A stretch of 64,000 nucleotides of DNA. It comes from Micavibrio sp. UBA5703. GTDB lineage: Bacteria > Pseudomonadota > Alphaproteobacteria > Micavibrionales > Micavibrionaceae. The DNA is taken from positions 30,943-94,942 of the forward strand of contig DIHF01000054.1 in NCBI GenBank assembly GCA_002420015.1, written 5' to 3'. Numbering within the stretch: position 1 is the first letter of the stretch; each line of letters begins with the position of its first letter. The notes under the pieces are model-generated. The model worked only from the letters and a program-made list of their open reading frames with translations, was not told where the DNA came from and did no database searches. This document shows positions 37,677 to 45,342 of this stretch, one piece after another. A program made the translations under genes and the position numbers.

Positions 37677-38576
37677 TTACGTAACGATTTCTTTTTTATT
37701 GTAGCCCTGCGCATAAAGCGCGGCGGTTAAATCGCCGTAAACGATAATATTGTGAATTTCTGCGGCCACGGCGGGCTTGGGGCGGTAGCCCACGCCCATT
37801 CCGGCGGCCTTGAGCATGGGGATGTCGTTGGCCCCGTCGCCGATGGCAAAACTGTCGTTCTCGCTGAGGCCTAGATCGGTCGTGTACTTGTTCAAGAAAC
37901 TGACCTTGGCGTGTTTGTCCAGAATGGGCGGCACGACAGTGCCCGTCAGTTTGTCTTCTGTGATGCCCAGCGTGTTGCCGTGGTTGTGATGAAAACCGGT
38001 ACGCTCGGCAATCGCGCCCGTGAAAAAAGTAAACCCGCCCGACACCAGTACACATGTCGCGCCGTGCTTGCCCATGGTTCTCACTAAACTTTCTGCGCCG
38101 GGACTAAGGGCCATATTCTCCAAAGTCTCGGCCAGCTTTGCGGCCTCAAGCCCTTTCAAAAGGCCAACGCGCTTATGCAGCGCCTGCGCGAAGTCCAGCC
38201 TTCCTTCCATAGCCTCTTGCGTAATGGCGGCGATTTCATCCTTCAGGCCGGCGTAGGCGGCCAGTTCATCCAGCGTTTCTTCCTGAATGATGGTGCTGTC
38301 CATATCGGCGAGCAAAAGCTTTTTCCGGCGGTTTTCGGTTGGCCCTGCGAAAACGTCGATTTTGTCTTTACTCAAAAAGTCGCGCAGATGGAGCATCAAG
38401 GCACCCTGCGGCTTAACTGTAAGGCTAAGATCCACGGCGCGCCCCTTATCCAGCCAGAGGGGTTTTCCGGCGGTTTCCATGTTGTAAAACCCGAGAATGC
38501 TCTCCAGCTCCTTGATATGGGCCTTGGAAACATCCGGATTGCCTTCAGAGGCGACAAGGGTAACTACATGCGTCAT
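37677..38576 (-). CDS. serB: phosphoserine phosphatase
   Basis: ATG at 38576 (the ORF track extends further upstream). N-terminal ACT-like part, then LLLADMDSTIIQEETLDELA (DxDST), VSGGFTFF, and AIGDGANDIPMLKAAGMGVGY. Confidence 0.9.
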   Translation of the reverse strand: MTHVVTLVASEGNPDVSKAHIKELESILGFYNMETAGKPLWLDKGRAVDLSLTVKPQGALMLHLRDFLSKDKIDVFAGPTENRRKKLLLADMDSTIIQEETLDELAAYAGLKDEIAAITQEAMEGRLDFAQALHKRVGLLKGLEAAKLAETLENMALSPGAESLVRTMGKHGATCVLVSGGFTFFTGAIAERTGFHHNHGNTLGITEDKLTGTVVPPILDKHAKVSFLNKYTTDLGLSENDSFAIGDGANDIPMLKAAGMGVGYRPKPAVAAEIHNIIVYGDLTAALYAQGYNKKEIVT

Positions 38577-38609
38577 GATTTTTCTTTGTATTCCAAATAT
38601 AATGCTGGA

Positions 38610-38634
38610 CAGATGAAAGGGAATTTCATATCTG
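38610..38634 (+). promoter_or_regulatory. hairpin in the serC 5' region (possible serC-leader-type element)
   Basis: CAGAT-GAAA-gggaa-TTTC-at-ATCTG, 46 nt upstream of the serC ATG. Confidence 0.25.
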
Positions 38635-38679
38635 CTGAAACTAGGACTGTATACAATTTTATCATCAAATAGGTTAAAA

Positions 38680-39849
38680 ATGGAAAAACCTTCGCAAAAA
38701 CCAAAGAATCCCTGCTTTTCCTCAGGTCCCTGCGCCAAGCGCCCGGGCTGGAGCCTTGCCGCGCTGGATACCGCGATGGCAGGCCGCTCGCACCGCGCAG
38801 GGCCAGCCAAGGCCAAACTGAAAGAAGTCATCGAAAAGCACCGCAAGATTCTGGGCATTCCGGCCGATTACAAAATCGGCATCGTTCCGGCCTCCGATAC
38901 CGGGGCGGTTGAAATGGCGATGTGGTCGCTGCTGGGTCAGCGCGGCGTCGACGTGCTGGCGTGGGAGAGTTTTTCCTCCGGCTGGGCCAGCGACATCCTG
39001 AAGCAACTCAAACTTCCGAACGTGGGCAAACATGAAAGCGACTACGGCAAGCTGCCGGATTTGTCCAAAGTGAATTTCAACAATGATGTTGTTTTCGTCT
39101 GGAACGGCACCACATCGGGCGTGCGCGTGCCGGACGGCAACTGGATTCCGGCCAAGCGCGAGGGCCTGACCATTTGCGATGCGACCTCGGCGGTGTTTGC
39201 CTATGACATGCCGTGGGACAAGCTGGATGTGACGACCTGGAGCTGGCAGAAGGTTCTGGGGTCCGAAGGCGCGCACGGCATGATCGTGCTCTCGCCTCGC
39301 GCCGTTGCAAGGTTAGAGAGCTACACGCCCGCCTGGCCGTTGCCAAAAATTTTTGCGCTGACCAAAAAGGGCAAGCTGATCGACGGCATCTTTGCCGGGG
39401 AAACCATCAACACGCCCTCCATGCTGGCGGTCGAAGATTGCCTCGATGCGCTGAACTGGGTCGAGAGCATCGGTGGACTGAAAGCCACAATCGCGCGCAG
39501 CGAAAAAAGCTTCAAGGCGATCGAGGGCTGGGTCGCCAAAACGGCCTGGGTCGATTTTCTGGGCGAAGAGGGCGCAGCGCGCTCGTTTACTTCCGTCTGT
39601 CTGAAAATCACCGATCCGTGGCTGGCCGCGCAAAACGCCGAGGCGCAGGACGCCTTTATCGGCGCGATGTGCAAGGCTCTGGAGAAAGAAGCCGTGGCCT
39701 ATGATATCAAGGGCTACCGCGACGCTCCGCCGGGAATACGTATCTGGTGCGGCGCAACGGTGGAACCCTCGGACGTTGCCGCGCTGCTGCCCTGGCTGGA
39801 ATACGCCTTCGCTGCAACCAAAGATGCGCAGCAGAAGCAGGCGGCTTGA
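38680..39849 (+). CDS. serC: phosphoserine aminotransferase (alphaproteobacterial ~390-aa type)
   Basis: [18 protein letters not shown]...RSHR...[21 protein letters not shown]...[24 protein letters not shown]... The internal WQK Lys sits in the PLP-Lys position. Confidence 0.9.
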   Translation: MEKPSQKPKNPCFSSGPCAKRPGWSLAALDTAMAGRSHRAGPAKAKLKEVIEKHRKILGIPADYKIGIVPASDTGAVEMAMWSLLGQRGVDVLAWESFSSGWASDILKQLKLPNVGKHESDYGKLPDLSKVNFNNDVVFVWNGTTSGVRVPDGNWIPAKREGLTICDATSAVFAYDMPWDKLDVTTWSWQKVLGSEGAHGMIVLSPRAVARLESYTPAWPLPKIFALTKKGKLIDGIFAGETINTPSMLAVEDCLDALNWVESIGGLKATIARSEKSFKAIEGWVAKTAWVDFLGEEGAARSFTSVCLKITDPWLAAQNAEAQDAFIGAMCKALEKEAVAYDIKGYRDAPPGIRIWCGATVEPSDVAALLPWLEYAFAATKDAQQKQAA

Positions 39850-39851
39850 TT

Positions 39852-40829
39852 TTAGGAGGGACCTTCACCGAGTGAGGGTTGAGCAGGAGAGCTGAGTTTT
39901 TTCTCATATGCCTCCTGTGGAAGTCTTTTGAGATCCGGGCGTGCCTCCATAATCATCTTTATAGCCTCTTCATTTTGGCTGCGCCGTCTGCCGTTATGGG
40001 TCCAAGTCATCTGGTAGACAATTCCATTGTAACTATCGAATTGTGCCTGAGTAATGGTTTGGGGTGCATATTTCAGCAAGGTAAGAAGCAAGCCACCGGG
40101 GTCTCCCGAAACTTGCTCTTGTAAAGCCGGTGCCGCGAGAAACTCTGAAACTGATTTAAGCTCTTGCTCCAGCGTCCCATTGTTACGAGCTATGGTATAG
40201 CGGGCGCAGAAGATATGAGCCAAGTATAGATAGTGTTTTGACACTTCAAAGCCTCGGTCTTTGAGGGTCTCTGCAAAGCGATGTACCTTGTCGTATCTAA
40301 ATGCTCCCGGTGCCTTTTCAAGCAAGGCATCCAATAACCTGAAATCCTTTTTATGAAGAGCTGTCTTGAAGGCAGTGGCAACTATTTTGCCAGCCATATC
40401 AGGCCGATTTTGTACGACCTTTAACATCCAGTCAGTGCCAAGCTGCACATTTTTTTGGTAGCGATAGTCGCCAAATGATTCGGACATAATAAATTCGATT
40501 ACGCCTATATCCCTTTCGGAAGCATAAGAGACATCCGCGCTCAATATTTCATTTGCCCTGCTGAGTTGATTTTGTACCCATTCAATGTTTGAACCGCCAT
40601 TAAGTTCATGCTTGTTATCGTATTGCTTGCGCAGTTCTTCATCGCCTAAAATCTCGTAAGCCTCATTGATAACAAACATGCGCTTCTTATAAGCGCTTTT
40701 CATTTCTTCGTCGGGTGCCAAATCTTCGTGATGCTGTTTTACTAGCGTGCGCCACGCAGATTGAATTTCCCTTTGTGTCGCATTTTGTGGAACGCCAAGA
40801 ATTTCATAGTAATTTTTGCCTTCAAACAT
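39852..40829 (-). CDS. J-like domain protein with HPD replaced by HED
   Basis: ATG at 40829 (track start is TTG 40844). KNYYEILGVPQNATQREIQSAWRTLVKQHHEDLAPDEEMKSAYKKRMFVINEAYEILGDEELRKQYD is a J-domain scaffold. The tripeptide codons at 40730-40722 read H-E-D. The C-terminal ~250 aa are of unknown type. Confidence 0.7.
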   Translation of the reverse strand: MFEGKNYYEILGVPQNATQREIQSAWRTLVKQHHEDLAPDEEMKSAYKKRMFVINEAYEILGDEELRKQYDNKHELNGGSNIEWVQNQLSRANEILSADVSYASERDIGVIEFIMSESFGDYRYQKNVQLGTDWMLKVVQNRPDMAGKIVATAFKTALHKKDFRLLDALLEKAPGAFRYDKVHRFAETLKDRGFEVSKHYLYLAHIFCARYTIARNNGTLEQELKSVSEFLAAPALQEQVSGDPGGLLLTLLKYAPQTITQAQFDSYNGIVYQMTWTHNGRRRSQNEEAIKMIMEARPDLKRLPQEAYEKKLSSPAQPSLGEGPS

Positions 40830-40921
40830 ACTAAACGCAGCCAATCCATAAGGTTGTTAAAGAATTAGGGTGCAATTTATTCAGGTTTAAAAGTTATGTC
40901 AACGATGTGGTTGCGTGTGAA

Positions 40922-41101
40922 TTTTAAAACGCAGAGAATCGGAGTTTTTCTTCGGACTCGTTGCGTCCGTTGCGCGCTTTGCGTTTAAAAAACCACGAAT
41001 AGACACAAATGAACGCGGATTTTTATTAAACCACAGAGGCGCAAAGGCACAGAGAAACAATCAATAAAAAAATCTCTGTGCCTCCGTGTCTCTGTGGTTT
41101 T
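40922..41101. repeat. nest of palindromic elements (CACRGAT / ACAGAG families)
   Basis: There are three parts. The first is a palindrome, TTTTAAAACGCAGAG...CGCTTTGCGTTTAAAA (40922-40990). The second is a solo arm, AAACCACGAATAGACACAAATGAACGCGGAT (40988-41020). The third is a complete element, TTAAACCACAGAGGCGCAAAGGCACAGAGAAAC...TCTCTGTGCCTCCGTGTCTCTGTGGTTTT (41026-41101). Confidence 0.65.
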
Positions 41102-41206
41102 CTACTTTATTCGCGTTCGGGATGACAGAGAAGAAAGAAATCTACGTGCCTTCGCTTGCCCGTCCGAAGCGGCGTAGCCGCGAAGGCGGGTGGTAAAAAA
41201 TACCCA

Positions 41207-41235
41207 TTGACAAAACAGGAATAATATCCTATCAT
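41207..41235 (+). promoter_or_regulatory. candidate sigma70-type promoter for serA
   Basis: TTGACA (41207-41212), a 17-nt spacer, then TATCAT (41230-41235). This would give a ~225-nt purine-rich leader before the serA ATG at 41467. Confidence 0.4.
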
Positions 41236-41466
41236 GTCGTCATGAGGAAGATGTACGAAAAAGAAGAGGGCAGAAACGAAAGAAAACAAAATAAAAGACA
41301 TAATCCGCCCTCAAAACAAAAAAATGACGAACGAACTAATGGAAAAAGGTTTTTTCAATGTACATCAGTATCTTACACTCCTCCAAAATCCCTCTTGCAT
41401 TCCCCGCCGGACCTGATAAAGCTGTTGGCCTGTTTTCCTAAACAAGACAAAACTAGGAGTTAAAAA

Positions 41467-43059
41467 ATGGCACAGGCAAAATCCCCCAAGGTTCTTATCA
41501 GCGACGAGCTGGACCCCCTCGCAATTCAGATTTTTGAAAAAAACGGCTGCAAGGTCGATTTCAGACCCGGCCTTTCCCCGGCCGAACAACTCAAGATTAT
41601 CCCCGAATATGACGGGCTTGCGATCCGCAGCGCGACCAAAGTAACGCCCGATATGATCGCGGCGGCAAAAAATCTCAAAGTCGTCGGGCGTGCCGGGATC
41701 GGCGTTGATAACGTGGATGTAACCAAGGCGACCGAAGCCGGCATCGTCGTCATGAACACGCCCTTTGGCAATTCCATCACCACCGCGGAACACGCCATCG
41801 CCATGATGTTCGCTCTGGCCCGGCAAATCCCGCAGGCCAGCGTTTCGACGCACGCCGGCAAATGGGAAAAATCGAAATTCATGGGCGTCGAGCTTTACAA
41901 CAAGACGCTCGGTCTTATCGGTTGCGGCAATATCGGCTCTATCGTTGCCGACCGTGCGCTCGGGCTGAAAATGGATGTTGTGGCTTACGATCCGTTCCTG
42001 ACGCAGGAGCGCGCCGTGGAGATCGGCGTTGCCAAGGTCGAACTGGATGAATTGTTCGAGAAATCCGATTTCATCACACTGCACGTGCCGAAAAACGAGC
42101 AGACCAAAAACATCATCAACAAGAGCAGCCTCGCCAAAATGAAAAAGGGCGTGCGCATTATCAACTGCGCGCGCGGCGGGTTGATTGTCGAGGCCGACCT
42201 TAAAGCGGCGCTCGATTCCGGCCATGTTGCGGGCGCGGCCCTGGATGTGTTCGATGTCGAACCGGCCAAGGAAAATATTTTGTTCGGTCATGAAAATGTC
42301 ATCTGCACGCCGCATCTTGGCGCTTCGACGAACGAAGCGCAGTTCAACGTGGCGATCCAGGTGGCCGAGCAGATGGCCGATTATCTTGTGAACGGCGCGG
42401 TGACCAATGCGCTCAACATGCCTTCGATTACGGCTGAGGACGCGCCGCGTTTGAAGCCCTATATGAAGCTGGCCGAGCAACTGGGAAGTTTCGCCGGGCA
42501 GATCACCGAACATGCGATCCAGTCGATCGACGTTGAATTCAGCGGCACGGTGGCGGATCTGAACGTCAAGCCGCTGACGGCGATGCTGGTGACCAATCTT
42601 TTGAAGCCGCAGCTTGAGAGCATCAACATGGTCAACGCGATTACGGTGACGAAGGCTCGCGGGATCGAAATTTCAGAAACGAAAAGCGGCTCTGCCAAAG
42701 ACTGGCGCAGCTTGATTACCGTGACGGTAAAAACCGAGGCACGCGAGCGCAGCCTGATGGGCACGTTGTTCACCGGCAAGGAGCCGCGCATTGTGAATGT
42801 CGAGGGCGTGCCGATCGAGGCCGCGCTGTCATCGCATATGCTGTTCATCCGCAACAAGGACGAGCCGGGATTGATCGGGGGGCTTGGAACAATTCTGGGC
42901 AACGCAGGCCAGAACATCGCGGATTTCCGTCTGGGCCGTAAGGACGAAACCGGCGAGGCGGTTTGTATCGTCTCGCTCGATGCGCCCTTGTCCGATGAAT
43001 TGTTCAAAAAAGTCTCAAGCTTGCCGCAGATCAAGAGCGCTAAACGCTTGCAGTTTTAG
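41467..43059 (+). CDS. serA: D-3-phosphoglycerate dehydrogenase (long form with ASB/ACT domains)
   Basis: 530 aa. VVGRAGIGVDNVD, the NAD fold GLIGCGNIGS, INCARGG, and TPHLGAST. The C-terminal regulatory region ends ...PQIKSAKRLQF. Confidence 0.95.
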   Translation: MAQAKSPKVLISDELDPLAIQIFEKNGCKVDFRPGLSPAEQLKIIPEYDGLAIRSATKVTPDMIAAAKNLKVVGRAGIGVDNVDVTKATEAGIVVMNTPFGNSITTAEHAIAMMFALARQIPQASVSTHAGKWEKSKFMGVELYNKTLGLIGCGNIGSIVADRALGLKMDVVAYDPFLTQERAVEIGVAKVELDELFEKSDFITLHVPKNEQTKNIINKSSLAKMKKGVRIINCARGGLIVEADLKAALDSGHVAGAALDVFDVEPAKENILFGHENVICTPHLGASTNEAQFNVAIQVAEQMADYLVNGAVTNALNMPSITAEDAPRLKPYMKLAEQLGSFAGQITEHAIQSIDVEFSGTVADLNVKPLTAMLVTNLLKPQLESINMVNAITVTKARGIEISETKSGSAKDWRSLITVTVKTEARERSLMGTLFTGKEPRIVNVEGVPIEAALSSHMLFIRNKDEPGLIGGLGTILGNAGQNIADFRLGRKDETGEAVCIVSLDAPLSDELFKKVSSLPQIKSAKRLQF

Positions 43060-43062
43060 CGG

Positions 43063-43569
43063 TCAGGCTTTTTGCGATCTGCTGAAATAGCGCTTGCACG
43101 CGCCTTTGAGTTCATCCTCCAGAAGTTTGCCGGAGGAGCCGCCCGTTCCGCTCATTTTCTTGAGAACGATAGCACTCAGGGTTTTGTAATGTGCTTCGAC
43201 AATCGCCAGAACATCATCGTCCAGAGTTGTGATCGATTCCAGGAAGCTCAGCATTACATTGGCAAGGTTGCCGATCAGTTCATAACGGAATGTTGTTGCG
43301 TTGGCTTTTAGCTGCATAACGGGCGCGGACATGGCCTCGATAGCCGTGTCCTTGGAAAGCTTGCCGCTTTTTGTGTCGCTGATAGCTGCGCTAAGCTTGT
43401 CAAGAAATTCGTTGGCCAGCGGGGTGAAATCAACCGTATTGCTGTCCATGACCTTTTGGCACTTTTCGACCAGCTTCTCATCCAAAGGGCCGCTGCCGAC
43501 TTTTGCCAGCAGACTGTAATCGGCCTTTATAATTCTAGCTTTTTTCGGGCTTTGCAATTCGATGGACAT
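43063..43569 (-). CDS. hypothetical helical protein downstream of the response regulator
   Basis: 168-aa ORF, 65 nt downstream of the receiver gene on the same strand. The stretch VMQLKANATTFRYELIG loosely resembles the HxxKG(G/S)AxxF(G) box of Hpt domains, but no His is in register. Confidence 0.5.
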   Translation of the reverse strand: MSIELQSPKKARIIKADYSLLAKVGSGPLDEKLVEKCQKVMDSNTVDFTPLANEFLDKLSAAISDTKSGKLSKDTAIEAMSAPVMQLKANATTFRYELIGNLANVMLSFLESITTLDDDVLAIVEAHYKTLSAIVLKKMSGTGGSSGKLLEDELKGACKRYFSRSQKA

Positions 43570-43634
43570 GTGCTCGATATCTCAGTAACAAACCTAGGTA
43601 TTATACATACGCCAGCACAGGCGGCAATCCTTAC

Positions 43635-44129
43635 CTATATTAAGTCGGTGGCTCGCCTTAAGGGGCCACTATAATTCTCTATGGCGCGGCGGCGGCGGTC
43701 GGGGCCGAAATAGCCTTCCAGTTCAACAAAATCGCGGGGCTTGTTAATTACATGCGCAATCCGCTTGGTCAAATCGCTTGCCGAAAACGGCTTAACCAGA
43801 AATTCCGTAGCGCCGCGATCCCGCGCCGATGAAACACGCGGCATGGAGCTGTAACCAGTCATCATGACAATCGGGACGGTCCTGTTAGGCGAGTCAGAAT
43901 TCCCCCTAATTTTTTCAACCAGCTCAAGGCCATTTACAGGTTCCATATGCCAGTCGGTTATAACGATGTCCGGACGTTCCTTGCAGAATCGCTCATATCC
44001 CTGCTGGCCGTTTTCCGCCGTATGTACTGAACCGACACCCATTGTTTCAAGAACCGAGCAAATCAGCTTGCGCATGGGAACGGTATCTTCAACGACCAGA
44101 ACGCTAAGCCGCCCAAAATTGTAGCTCAT
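43635..44129 (-). CDS. single-domain CheY-like response regulator
   Basis: LSVLVVEDTVPMRKLI...PDIVITDWHMEPVNGLELV...VPIVMMTGYS...GATEFLVKPFSASDL. The acidic pocket, phospho-Asp (TDWHM), Thr and Lys are all present, followed by a ~40-aa C-terminal tail. Confidence 0.9.
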   Translation of the reverse strand: MSYNFGRLSVLVVEDTVPMRKLICSVLETMGVGSVHTAENGQQGYERFCKERPDIVITDWHMEPVNGLELVEKIRGNSDSPNRTVPIVMMTGYSSMPRVSSARDRGATEFLVKPFSASDLTKRIAHVINKPRDFVELEGYFGPDRRRRAIENYSGPLRRATDLI

Positions 44130-44149
44130 TATCTATGTAACCTAGGTTA

Positions 44150-44860
44150 AAGCTTCTTGTGTAGCGGCCAATGGATTGTCATTGGCCAATGCAGAAAATA
44201 TCATAACAGAAAGGAAAAGCGTAAAACAATGCTATTTGCCTGTAACTACAGCAATAAAGTCTATATTCAAAAAGGGAAGAATGCCGTGAAAGTAAACAGC
44301 CCCGGCACCCATGTTCTGAATTCAATCCGAAGATTAAATCCGGAAACGGGCACCGGGGCCTTTTGGGAAGCATGTTCCTGTACGGTTGCTTTAATGCAGA
44401 GCAGTTAAAGGCCGCAGGACTACCCGGATCGGGGCCGGGGAACCGCGGTAGCTGGCCGCTTTTGTTCCCCATTCCCACGGATGAACCCCTCATCCATTTC
44501 TTTTACGTGGCGATCAACCACTCGCTACACCTTTTGCAAAAGGCAAGCTTTTCAGAGGCATATCCAAACGTACCCGTCCTTGCCGCAGCTATCTCACGTT
44601 TTTATGTGCGCGACCACAAGTCTGTTTCTTTTAGCTACGGTGGTGCGTGATACTCTAACGCCCCCTTTAAGCCCCTGGCAAATCCCCAATCTACGGGAGC
44701 CGTCACTCCCAAGCCTGAGGCTTCGTTCTTCCAAGAACCCGGATGCCGACTACTGCACCCTGTCCCGACACGCTCTCTCTCCTCACGAAGGTCACCGAGT
44801 TGCTTCATCTAAGAAGCTATGCCCTAAGGACGAGTTCAGGTTAGCGCTCCCGGATTTCGG
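44150..44860. other. ORF-free, GC-rich, hairpin-dense 0.7-kb segment; candidate structured ncRNA, long leader or decayed gene (unclassified)
   Basis: Only short ORFs are present, overlapping in several frames and of non-protein-like composition. There are many local stems: GGCCAATG/CATTGGCC at 44166-44187; GCCCCGGCACCC/GGGCACCGGGGC at 44299-44359; GGATGA/TCATCC at 44479-44495; the palindrome CCTTTTGCAAAAGG at 44530-44543; three consecutive hairpins at 44695-44738; and CTCCCG/CGGGAG at 44847-44863 followed by a T-run. Confidence 0.3.
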
Positions 44861-45289
44861 GAGTCGAGTCATTTTTTTCATTTTTGAAACAATCATGCGT
44901 CAGAGTGGTGAATCATGAAATATTATTACTTTAAGCAACCGCTTATGATTCCATTACGAATCCGGGCTGCCAACAAAACCGCCCACAACTTTTCCACAGC
45001 CCAAAATAATTTTTGGGCGAGTGCCAGACATACAAGAAATTTTTCCAGAATCGTGAAAATACACCGAATCGTTTAAAATTTTTTGCGAATCGTCTTTATT
45101 AAACTTCATTGCGAGCAAGGCAAAAAACTGCCAAAAGCGCTGTAAATAAAGGATTTTTTGTTAGTCGAATCGGAAACCTTGTGAATCATATGGGTCGAAT
45201 CGAGCGATTCAACATCTTTTAACATAAAAGTTGACAGGTGGCCAAAAATCAATTAACAATGTGTGAATATTCCGTTAATAAATTATTAA
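44861..45289 (+). promoter_or_regulatory. AT-rich control region upstream of the adhesin gene: GANTC cluster, GAATCG-AG-CGATTC palindrome, TTAA-N7-TTAA box
   Basis: GANTC sites start at 44861, 44866, 44910, 44947, 44958, 45048, 45066, 45087, 45167, 45183, 45197 and 45206. The palindrome GAATCGAGCGATTC is at 45197-45210. TTAATAAATTATTAA is at 45275-45289. Confidence 0.45.
45231..45259 (+). promoter_or_regulatory. candidate promoter for the adhesin gene
   Basis: TTGACA (45231-45236), a 17-nt spacer, then TAACAA (a weak -10). It lies 20 nt downstream of the palindrome and 84 nt upstream of the ATG. Confidence 0.25.
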
Positions 45290-45342
45290 TGTGTGGGCGC
45301 AAAACCTGCGTTTCCCAAGTTTACAAGTGAGGAGTGCCTTTT

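Noticed and set aside
2327-41101. Possibility that the recurring palindromic repeats form a CRISPR array
   Set aside because: The copies are kilobases apart and differ in length and sequence. They are internally palindromic with no regular repeat-spacer periodicity, and no cas genes are present.
41365-42513. 382-aa minus-strand ORF
   Set aside because: It is antisense to serA, which has a clear NAD-binding and catalytic signature. The same applies to 52167-53216 (antisense to the ABC exporter) and 15670-16512.
44150-44860. Identification of the 0.7-kb segment as RNase P RNA, tmRNA, SRP RNA, a group II intron or a riboswitch
   Set aside because: I looked for the diagnostic strings of each class. 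These were GAGGAAAGTCCGG and ACAGAACCCGGCTTA for RNase P, and a T-loop GGTTCGANTCC plus a CCA end and an Ala-rich tag for tmRNA. They were also a GNRA-capped domain V hairpin for a group II intron, the B12 box, and ACGCAAAGC for c-di-GMP-I. Only loose partial resemblances were found, for example TAGATGAAG and GGGACAGGGTGC in the wrong order. No class could be assigned.
44157-44918. Four short ORFs (83-145 aa) in the adhesin upstream gap
   Set aside because: They overlap each other in different frames and strands. They lack RBS-like sequences and have Cys/Pro/Ser/Arg-rich, non-protein-like composition. The region is treated as non-coding.
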